Source: Oligoflexia bacterium (GTDB taxonomy: Bacteria; Bdellovibrionota; UBA1018). From it: 64,000 nt of DNA. The stretch spans positions 261-64,260 of the forward strand of contig JAMPXJ010000007.1 in assembly GCA_023701205.1 (NCBI GenBank), in the 5' to 3' direction. The position numbers were made by a program, and so were the translations under genes. A model generated the notes under the pieces. It saw only the letters and a program-made list of their open reading frames with translations. It had not been told where the DNA came from and did no database searches. Each line of letters starts with the position of its first letter. The first letter of the stretch is position 1. Below, one piece after another: positions 29,039-36,651 of the stretch.

Positions 29039-31570
29039 ATGGTTTTGGCGGGTTTTCCCGAAACGAGAACAGTGAGAGGCCTGATTCCCGAGTTCAGGAT
29101 ATTTTCCGGCTTGGTTCCGATTCTCTTTTCGCTGCCGGCACACGCCTGGCCGCCGACTTTCGGGCCGGAGTTCACGTTCACGAATCCCGAGATCCTCGAG
29201 GTCGGTAACCGCAATCCCACGAACGCGAAATCGGAGATCAACTCCGCGAAGCTCGAGCAGTGGCGCGGGGTCCTGGTCGAGCGCTGCAAGCAGCTCGGCT
29301 GCGAGGTTCGAAGGACGAGTGACAAGCACGGCGCAGCGCACCGAGTTTCATTTCCGGATGGCTGGTATTTCAACATCTCCCTCGACGCCGCCGTGCTCGA
29401 GGTTCAGACGAAGCCCGGAACGCTCGAGGATTTCCGCGCGCGGAAGGAACTCATTCAGAAGGAGATCTTCGAGACAGCGCGCTCCATCGGCATCGAGCCG
29501 CACAAGCGCGCCGGCCAAGGTCATATCCACATCGATGTGGATGAGGCTTTCGGCCAGGACAGCCGGCTGCTGCGCAATTTCTTCGTCGACTACTCGAACC
29601 ATCCGGAGCTGGCCTGGGGCGCGCTCGGCAACCATCTCGGCAACAGCCCGCCCGTCGCCGCGCTCAAGCCGGAGCAGCGCAAAGCGCTGATCCATGCGCT
29701 TCAGGAGTTTGACGCCCACCCGGGCACGCATCGGGAGTTCGGCGATCTGATCGACCGAAACGTCTATACGCACGGAACGGTCGCGGAATGGGGCTTCCCG
29801 CGGCATTATCAGGCCCTGCGCTTCGCCTGGAATCTCAACACGATCGAGATGCGCGGGTTCCGTCCCCAGCGTTCCGCGGATGAGTTCGTGAAGGAGCTCG
29901 AGCTGATCCAGGGTCGGATCGAGCATCTCAAGAAGGTTGAAGGAGCGATTCCGTTCGTCAATCCTCCCACGCACGAGCTTCCGCTCAAGGAAGTCGTCAC
30001 GCGCTTCTACGGCTATGTGACCGAGTCGGGGCTCGACTGGGAGACGTATAAGACCCTGCTGCCGCCGGAACTCGTCGGGATCCAGCCGGACACGAAGCGG
30101 TTTCCGAAACCCAAGCTGCGCAACGAGGCTTTTGACGAGGTTCGCGATGCGAGCGGGGGCCTTCGCGAACGCTATCGCGGCGTCCATGAGGTTTACGCCG
30201 GAATGTCTGTGATAGAGCGGCGGGCCTTCGAGGCGGCCACGTTCAAGGAGTCCGCCGGGAACCGGAGCCTCCTTCCCTTGCCACGCCTCCTGAGCGTGGA
30301 GGAGCGCGACGAGATCAAGAAGGGCGTGCAGCAGCGCGCTCGGGCGCTTCAGCTTCTCGCCGAGGATGTCGCGAAGGGGAATTACGAACGCATTGAGGCA
30401 TTCGGGCTTCCGCGGTCCATCGTGAAGGCAGCGCTGGCGCGGAGCGGGGAGACCGAAGCGGTGAAGGCGCTCATGCCCGAAGCGATCGCATTTCCTTACG
30501 GGCCGGACCTGATCCGTGGCCCGGACGGAAGATACCTCGTGATCGAGGACAATACGGGCTTCGTCGGTGGCATCGGCGACTCGTCCTACTCGCGGGAGCA
30601 GCTCCTGCGTCATCAGCCGGCGTACCGGCAGTTTCTCGAGCAGGATCGCGGCAAATCGGCGGTCGAGATCCTTGTGGAACATCTCCGGAAGCTGGCCGTG
30701 CCGCCGGACGGAGAGCTGGTCATGGCAGTGCACCCCGATATGAAGGTGAACAATGCGACCCTGTCTTCACAGCTGGAGAAGCTGGGTGTCCGGGTGATCT
30801 ATGGTGCCAAGAGTGAGCTGAAAGTCGATGCCGGGGGCGTGTTCCTGAACATTGATGGTGTTAAGCGCCGCGTGGGCCTGGTTCTCCCGAAAAACTATGC
30901 CATCGGTGGTTTTGCAACCCAAACCGTTCCCGGTCTGGAAGAAGCTGCAAGAGCGGGCAAAGTGGCGCTCGGATATCAGGCGGGCCTGGAGTTCCTCGGA
31001 GACAAGGAGATCTCTCCTTATGTGGAGAAGCTGATCCGCGGCTATCTTGGGGAAGCGCCGATCCTGGGCACTCCCGAAACCCATTCGCTCAAGCTGGGGC
31101 AGGGAGCCGATCCGGCGCTCGTCGAGGCGCTCACCGAGAATCGCGAGGCATACGTGCTCAAGCAAGCCGATGGAAGGGGCGGGAGCGAAGTCTGGATCGG
31201 CAAAAAAACCTCCAGCTCCGAGTGGCGCTCGTTGCTCAAGAAGGCGGTGAAGGAGCCGGACAGCTTCATCGTCCAGAAGTTCACGCCCCTCTCGGAACTC
31301 GAGGGGCATATCGTGGACATGCGGCCGGTGACCTACGTGAGCCGGTTCGGCGCCGACGTCGCGGATCATTTCTGGGCGCGCGCGCTCCCGGTGGATGGCA
31401 ACGGCAAGGTGAACGTCTCCATCGATGGCAAGGTCACGGCGGTCTTCGTGACGGACCCGAAGAAATACCCGGCGCAGCCGGAGCTGGACGTGCCTGCGGC
31501 CGCGCGCCCGGGAGGGTTCCCGGGCTCCTCTTTTTGCGCGCGGCTTTTTGAAAAGCTGTTCCGTCGTTGA
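29039..31570 (+). CDS. two-domain ligase: N-terminal glutamine-synthetase/GCS2-like amidoligase domain fused to a C-terminal circularly permuted ATP-grasp domain
   Basis: The N-terminal half contains WYFNISLDAAVLEVQTKP, AGQGHIHIDV and NTIEMRGFRP. These parallel the GS/GCS2 motifs of YbdK (LGIELEMQ, GQHVHVG, TVEVRVMD). The C-terminal half contains LVIEDNTGFVGGIGDSSYS and YVLKQADGRGGSEVWIG...IVQKF, an ATP-grasp nucleotide-binding segment placed C-terminally as in CP-ATP-grasp proteins. The ORF track starts at 28976 and would overlap the PLD gene start, so M22 (29039) is more plausible. Confidence 0.55.
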   Translation: MVLAGFPETRTVRGLIPEFRIFSGLVPILFSLPAHAWPPTFGPEFTFTNPEILEVGNRNPTNAKSEINSAKLEQWRGVLVERCKQLGCEVRRTSDKHGAAHRVSFPDGWYFNISLDAAVLEVQTKPGTLEDFRARKELIQKEIFETARSIGIEPHKRAGQGHIHIDVDEAFGQDSRLLRNFFVDYSNHPELAWGALGNHLGNSPPVAALKPEQRKALIHALQEFDAHPGTHREFGDLIDRNVYTHGTVAEWGFPRHYQALRFAWNLNTIEMRGFRPQRSADEFVKELELIQGRIEHLKKVEGAIPFVNPPTHELPLKEVVTRFYGYVTESGLDWETYKTLLPPELVGIQPDTKRFPKPKLRNEAFDEVRDASGGLRERYRGVHEVYAGMSVIERRAFEAATFKESAGNRSLLPLPRLLSVEERDEIKKGVQQRARALQLLAEDVAKGNYERIEAFGLPRSIVKAALARSGETEAVKALMPEAIAFPYGPDLIRGPDGRYLVIEDNTGFVGGIGDSSYSREQLLRHQPAYRQFLEQDRGKSAVEILVEHLRKLAVPPDGELVMAVHPDMKVNNATLSSQLEKLGVRVIYGAKSELKVDAGGVFLNIDGVKRRVGLVLPKNYAIGGFATQTVPGLEEAARAGKVALGYQAGLEFLGDKEISPYVEKLIRGYLGEAPILGTPETHSLKLGQGADPALVEALTENREAYVLKQADGRGGSEVWIGKKTSSSEWRSLLKKAVKEPDSFIVQKFTPLSELEGHIVDMRPVTYVSRFGADVADHFWARALPVDGNGKVNVSIDGKVTAVFVTDPKKYPAQPELDVPAAARPGGFPGSSFCARLFEKLFRR

Positions 31571-31840
31571 CGGTTACGCCGCCGCGAAGAGCCCTCCCTC
31601 AGCGCTTCGAATATACGCTCGAGCTCGCCTGGAAAGTCGCGAAAAGGCGATCTCGACCTGCTCATCGAAGGCACTCCGCCACTTCCCGGCGCCCGGATCG
31701 AGGCCCTGAGGGATGCGCTCGAGGAAAGCGACTTTCCGTTCAAAGTCGATCTGGTGAGGATGGAAGAGCTGGTCCCGTCCTACCGTGACCAGATTCTTTC
31801 GGAACGAAAGCTTTTTTGGGAGAGCCAGTCCGGCGGCTGA
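31571..31840 (+). pseudogene. MNT/MntA-type minimal nucleotidyltransferase (HepT-MntA antitoxin family) remnant, no start codon
   Basis: The open frame begins immediately after the TGA of the ligase gene, in the same frame: RLRRREELSPSASNIRSSSPGKSRKGDLDLLIEG...FKVDLV...LSERKLFWE. It has the GS...D[LI]DLL[IV]E and KVDLV signatures but no Met or plausible start. No HEPN partner follows. Confidence 0.45.
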
Positions 31841-31862
31841 GGGCCAAGCCCACCGGCACGGA

Positions 31863-33056
31863 TTAATGCTTATTCCAATCGTTTTCGGGCATGACCCGTT
31901 TCATGAATTCATCGAAGAGGGGCACGGTGAAGGCCGTATCGCCATGATTCGGGCTCCAAATCATCCCCTTACCGATCAGGCTGCTCCGAGTCGGACCTAA
32001 TGAGCTGACGATCCGGTTAAGCTTCTCCGCAATATCTCCCGAACGGTGAGGTCCCGCCCCGAGTGCGGCCATCGCGCGGAGGTATTTCTTCTCTGAAGGG
32101 GTAAGTCGGTCAAAACGAACGCGAAAAAAGCTCTCGTCAAGAGCTGCGACAGCCTGGGTGGAAGCCGCGTGGACGTCAGCAACGGTGATCGGGCTTCTGG
32201 TCGCAACACTCCAGGAATGCTTTCCCCACTCCTGCAAGAAATAAGGATAGCCGCGAGTCTGCTCTACGATGGCCGCCACTGCTGCAGGCTCAAATTCCAC
32301 ACCTAGGTCAGACGCCGGCTTTTCAAGCGCCAGACGCGCGGCGGCGATGGGGAGAGGGCCTATTTCCGGATAGTCAAAGAGTCGTTCGGCATAGGACTTA
32401 GCATTACCAGCGCGGCCGCGAAGTTGTGGCAGCCCGGCTCCGACAATGCAAACCGGTAGTTTTTGCTGAGCACATCGATGAAGTGCAGTAATGAGAGCAG
32501 CAAGCTCCGGCTCCGCTACATACTGAAGTTCATCGATGAATATCACGAGAGCTGTCCCGGCCGCTTTCGCGGCGCGACCGACCTCCTCAAGGAGCATAGC
32601 TAGATCGAGTTCAAGGTCGCCGTTATCGGCAAATCCTGGTTCAGGATCGTAGTCGAGTCCAACTTCGATATCTTGGAATTTTACCTTGAGAGCCCTGACA
32701 AAACCGGCGAGACCGCGAAGCGCTCTTACCGCGACATCCTTGGCCTTATCGATCCTGCTAAGCCGCAAGAGCGCCAACCGCAACTGCGGCGCCAATATAG
32801 CGGGAAGCGAGCGACCCTCGGGAGCCTCAATTCGAACCGTATGTATTCCCGCGGCCTCTGCATCATTCCGCATCTGATCGAGTAAAACCGTCTTACCTAC
32901 ACCTCGTAGTCCAACCATGACGACGCTTTTCGCCGGATTGCCCAAGCGAATACGTTCGAGCGCGATCCGAACCGAACCGCGCAGCTGATCGCGACCAGCC
33001 AGTTCAGGAGGAGGGGTGCCCGCGCCAGGTGAATAGGGGTTTTGTATTGGATCCAT
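31863..33056 (-). CDS. archaeal-type AAA ATPase (Arch_ATPase/DUF234-like P-loop NTPase)
   Basis: Walker A GLRGVGKTVLLDQ and Walker B ALVIFIDELQYV, with a C-terminal winged-helix-like tail. The gene sits in a lower-G+C stretch. Confidence 0.6.
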   Translation of the reverse strand: MDPIQNPYSPGAGTPPPELAGRDQLRGSVRIALERIRLGNPAKSVVMVGLRGVGKTVLLDQMRNDAEAAGIHTVRIEAPEGRSLPAILAPQLRLALLRLSRIDKAKDVAVRALRGLAGFVRALKVKFQDIEVGLDYDPEPGFADNGDLELDLAMLLEEVGRAAKAAGTALVIFIDELQYVAEPELAALITALHRCAQQKLPVCIVGAGLPQLRGRAGNAKSYAERLFDYPEIGPLPIAAARLALEKPASDLGVEFEPAAVAAIVEQTRGYPYFLQEWGKHSWSVATRSPITVADVHAASTQAVAALDESFFRVRFDRLTPSEKKYLRAMAALGAGPHRSGDIAEKLNRIVSSLGPTRSSLIGKGMIWSPNHGDTAFTVPLFDEFMKRVMPENDWNKH

Positions 33057-33253
33057 TTGATGAACTATATAGCGATATTAGGCAGATTACAACATATAGA
33101 TAAGTTTTGTAATTTAACTATAAATGAACATTTAAATAGGCAAGACATGGAAACTACTAAAGTAAATCAACAGCAGCACTTTGAGTGCTCGCAGTGTGAG
33201 CCACAGTAGCGGGCGGCCTTACTCTCTCCTGGAAAAAGCCCGATAAGCAATCG
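33057..33253. promoter_or_regulatory. AT-rich divergent intergenic region (probable promoters for the AAA ATPase and the secreted 792-aa protein)
   Basis: About 200 nt of strikingly AT-rich sequence, ttgtaatttaactataaatgaacatttaaatagg, between two divergent starts. Confidence 0.35.
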
Positions 33254-35632
33254 ATGAGATCAAGCATGCGGGCCCTCCTACTCGCAGGGATGTTGACGTT
33301 TCCCGGCGTGCACCGCGCGCAAGCCGGGCTGCCGGTCCCTCCAGCCCCGGGCATTCCCGTCCTCAACCGGTGCAAAACAAGCTTCGAGGAGCTTCTCAAG
33401 GCGCCCGTATTTCAAAGATTCGGCCTGGGAGAGAATTTTTCCGCTGCTCAGGACAAAATCCTGATCGCCCGGGGAGAGGTACTTGCGCTCACGGAGAGAA
33501 GACTGGAACGCAATCCTACGCATTCCAGGCTCCAAATCCATGAGCATCGCGTGAGTCCATTGGTCCTGCTGGATGCCAAAACAGAGGCGCGGATCTCTGA
33601 CTGGCATTCGATCCTGGAAAAGGTGGACCAAAAGCTGGGCGAGCTCGGCGACAGCCTCGTGGATAAGAAGGCGAACTTTCCTAACTTCGGGCTCTCATCG
33701 GACTCGAAAACAGTCGCTCTGCAGGTCCTCACCGGGTCGGGCCCTCGCGTGGTCCTTTTTGATTATGGAAAAGGCGAAGTCCGACAGGTCTTCAGGCCGC
33801 TTCTGAATCGGCAGACGCCCGCAGTCCGCTTACAGCATGATCGTTATATCCTGCTGACTGACCGAGCCGAAGGTGGAAGCGTCAATCTGATCCTGGATAC
33901 CCAGACCGGAAGCCAAAAAATCCTGGAGGGCTCGCGATACGCGGACATTTCAGTTTCACCCGATGGAGAAAGACTCCTCGCGCTGATTGGAGATACGCTC
34001 TGGTATGGCAGATTGGACCAGCTCGGAAGCAGGGAAGTCATCGAAGATGCCGCTTCGCTTAAGTCCCTGAAAGGGAAGCTCGTCTCTCAATCGCCTGACC
34101 TGAGCCAACTCGTGGTGAATCATGGAGAGCAGACCTGGGACCCGGCAACCCAGACCTCGTTCCACCTGCCTGTCCTGAAGGTGGCCACTTGGAAGGGGAA
34201 CTCCTATCGGGAACAATTCCTTCCCGGTCTCGAAAATTTGTCCCTGAAATTCAAGGAGGCCAAAAACGCGGGCATGGAGCTCCTGCGGGCGGACGTTCAG
34301 GGAAAGCAGACACCGGATGGCCATTACCTGGCGGTGCGCTTCCCGATGCGAGCCAAAACAGAAACCCTCCCTAAGAGGGGTTTTCGCCAAGAGGTCGTGG
34401 CAGAGTATGACATTGTGGGCCTTTGGGACCTCCGAAAGCCGGGAAGCCCACCTGCTTTCACGGCCTCCCGGGATCTCAACTCACCAGGAAACTACGAGCC
34501 CACTCTGGACTCCGCCATTGCCTCGGCTCAGGCGGGCGAGACAGTGCTGCGAAAGGTCGCTTTTGAGCTTTCAGACGATGGCAAGCTCACTCTGGTTCGC
34601 GTCACTTCTGCTGATTCAAATCCAGCGTCCCCGCAGCGAGCTTTTCCGAAGCTGGATTTTGCGGTCTCAGAAATTCGCCTCGTCGGTAACGGGCAGGTCG
34701 AGCGGTCGCTCGATGCGCAAAGCTTTCCGCTCAAAACACTCGGTGAGGGGGATAATCCGGGAGCGCCTCTGCTTTGGGGATCTATCGACGTCAGTGCCGA
34801 CGGCAAGCGTGTGGTTGCTCATACTCGCAACGAAGGGATTCTTTACTTCGAGCGGGAGCGAGGCGGCCTTTCCACGGCGGGCCCTGATCCGATCCATCCG
34901 GCTTCCGGTGTAACAGAAAAAACCGGGAAAGGTCAGTTCGCGGAGATCCTGAAGAAGGTTCCCGCCTCTTTCAAGCAAACACACCTGACTCATGAGGATC
35001 GCGAAAAGATCCAGGCGATATTTTCGATGGGTAATCTCTCTCGCAGCGATCAGCTTCGCAATGCGTTCGAAGCCTACCGTGAGGCGAGATTGCGGGGCCT
35101 TGGGCGCAAGGAACGGGAGCAGGTGCTCAAGATGCTCAAGGAGCTCCGGGTCAAGAAAAGTCCCTCTGGCTCGGGCTACATGAGGGCCAATGCTTCGGGA
35201 ATCGTCATGCCCGAGGAGCTTCATGGCACCGCCGCGCACTACGGTGTGCTGTCCCATGAGCTGGAGCACCTGATTCAGATCGTGGAAGCAACCCCTTCGG
35301 CCAGTCCGGCTGAATTACGGCGGCTCTACGGGCACCTCACGCAGGAGCACGCGCAGGTCAATCTCTGGGAGATCGGCGCCTCGAAAGGCGAATGGGAGTT
35401 CCTGAGCGTGGTCCCCGCGTCGATCAGGAGCGAGGCGGAACAGTCCGCGCAGCAAAACCTCGGTGATCATGGGCTTCGCCTGGCCGTCACCGAGATTCTC
35501 CAGTCAGCGGGTGGCTCCCTGCAGGATCATATCGCCCGGAAGATCAATCTCGGGATCCTGCGGATGCCCTTGGACCGGGATCTTACTTCTTTAGAGTCGA
35601 GTGTTCCGTCGGGGCGGGTGATTTCGCAATAA
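33254..35632 (+). CDS. large secreted protein with PD40/TolB-like beta-propeller repeats and a C-terminal HExxH motif
   Basis: Signal peptide MRSSMRALLLAGMLTFPGVHRAQA. PD40-like repeats: ISVSPDGERLLAL and DVSADGKRVVAHT. The C-terminal segment YGVLSHELEHLIQIVE follows. Confidence 0.5.
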   Translation: MRSSMRALLLAGMLTFPGVHRAQAGLPVPPAPGIPVLNRCKTSFEELLKAPVFQRFGLGENFSAAQDKILIARGEVLALTERRLERNPTHSRLQIHEHRVSPLVLLDAKTEARISDWHSILEKVDQKLGELGDSLVDKKANFPNFGLSSDSKTVALQVLTGSGPRVVLFDYGKGEVRQVFRPLLNRQTPAVRLQHDRYILLTDRAEGGSVNLILDTQTGSQKILEGSRYADISVSPDGERLLALIGDTLWYGRLDQLGSREVIEDAASLKSLKGKLVSQSPDLSQLVVNHGEQTWDPATQTSFHLPVLKVATWKGNSYREQFLPGLENLSLKFKEAKNAGMELLRADVQGKQTPDGHYLAVRFPMRAKTETLPKRGFRQEVVAEYDIVGLWDLRKPGSPPAFTASRDLNSPGNYEPTLDSAIASAQAGETVLRKVAFELSDDGKLTLVRVTSADSNPASPQRAFPKLDFAVSEIRLVGNGQVERSLDAQSFPLKTLGEGDNPGAPLLWGSIDVSADGKRVVAHTRNEGILYFERERGGLSTAGPDPIHPASGVTEKTGKGQFAEILKKVPASFKQTHLTHEDREKIQAIFSMGNLSRSDQLRNAFEAYREARLRGLGRKEREQVLKMLKELRVKKSPSGSGYMRANASGIVMPEELHGTAAHYGVLSHELEHLIQIVEATPSASPAELRRLYGHLTQEHAQVNLWEIGASKGEWEFLSVVPASIRSEAEQSAQQNLGDHGLRLAVTEILQSAGGSLQDHIARKINLGILRMPLDRDLTSLESSVPSGRVISQ

Positions 35633-35658
35633 CCCGCAAGCTCAACGTCGGTCTGCCG

Positions 35659-36651
35659 CTACGGCGCCCACCCATGCAGGATCTTCATGTAGTTCCCGCG
35701 CGTGAACGCATCCGGATCCGGGCAGCGCCGCAGGCTCATGCTCCCGCGCAGCTGCTCGAGCGACTCGTACTCATGGCTGGTAAGCCACTGCGCGATCTCG
35801 GCAGCGAGCTTGGTGAAGACCGAAGGCCCCTGCTGCAGGAGCGCCGAGACGACCTGCACGCCCGTCGCGCCGGTCATGAGCGCCTTGATCGCGTCCTGCG
35901 AGGTGTGCACGCCGCCTGAGACGGCGAGCGAACCACGGAAGTGCGGCTCCAGGATCGCCAGGCAGCGCAGGCGCAGCGGCAGCTCCGAGGAATCCGAGAG
36001 CTTGAGCGTCGGCGCGGCCTGCAGCGCCTCGGTGTCGATGTCCGGCTGGTAGAGCCGGTTGAAGAGCACGAGCCCGTCGGCGCCCGCGGCGGCGAGCTGC
36101 TGGGCGAAATTCGGGAGAGACGAGAAGAACGGCGAGAGCTTCACGGCGATCGGGATCCTCACCATCGCGCGGATCGCCTTGAGGATCTCGAGGTAGCGCC
36201 CCTCGACCTGCGCGGCGGTTTCGTTCGGATGGGTGGGGAGCTCGTAGAAGTTGAGCTCGAGCGCATCCGCGCCGGCTTCCTCGATGAGCTTCGAGTAGCG
36301 TTCCCAGCCGCCGTGGGTGATGCCGTTGAGCGAGCCGATGACGGGAATGCCCGTGGCCTTTTTCGCCTGGCGCAGGTGCTCGAGATAGCGTTCCGTATCG
36401 AAAGCGAAATCCTGGAACGGGAAGAGCCCTTCGGACGCTTCGGCATACGCACCCGCGTGCGCCGTCGCGTGACGGAAGTAGGCATTTTCCTCCATCGCGA
36501 TCTGCTCTTCGAAAAGCGAGCGCAGCACGATCGCGGAGGCGCCGGCGTCCTCGAGTCGGCGGATGCCATCGATCCGGTCCGTGAAGGGCGAGGCGCCGGA
36601 GAGGAGCGGGTTTTTCAGTTCCAGGCCGAGATAGCGCGTGGTGAGCTTCAC
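35659..36651 (-). CDS. dihydroorotate-dehydrogenase-like (class 1 TIM-barrel flavoprotein) protein
   Basis: PyrD-like segments GIPVIGSLNGITHGGWERY, GADALELNF and GADGLVLFNR. It overlaps the PFOR stop by 4 nt. Confidence 0.65.
   Translation of the reverse strand: MKLTTRYLGLELKNPLLSGASPFTDRIDGIRRLEDAGASAIVLRSLFEEQIAMEENAYFRHATAHAGAYAEASEGLFPFQDFAFDTERYLEHLRQAKKATGIPVIGSLNGITHGGWERYSKLIEEAGADALELNFYELPTHPNETAAQVEGRYLEILKAIRAMVRIPIAVKLSPFFSSLPNFAQQLAAAGADGLVLFNRLYQPDIDTEALQAAPTLKLSDSSELPLRLRCLAILEPHFRGSLAVSGGVHTSQDAIKALMTGATGVQVVSALLQQGPSVFTKLAAEIAQWLTSHEYESLEQLRGSMSLRRCPDPDAFTRGNYMKILHGWAP

Noticed and set aside
28976-29100. Apparent signal peptide or TM segment at the N-terminus of the two-ligase protein
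   Set aside because: Starting at 28976 would overlap the divergent PLD gene start, and the product is an ATP-dependent cytoplasmic enzyme. An internal start (M22 or later) is more plausible, so I do not call the protein secreted.
31560-31580. Programmed stop-codon read-through that would fuse the ligase to the nucleotidyltransferase-like frame
   Set aside because: The shared frame is suggestive, but the downstream frame is a decayed TA antitoxin with no functional logic as a ligase extension. Coincidence from an insertion or deletion event is more likely. It remains noted as a caveat.
35160-35290. HExxH in the secreted 792-aa protein read as proof of a metalloprotease
   Set aside because: A single HExxH pentapeptide occurs by chance fairly often. 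Without the third ligand and helix context it stays a hypothesis, and the call was reported at reduced confidence.
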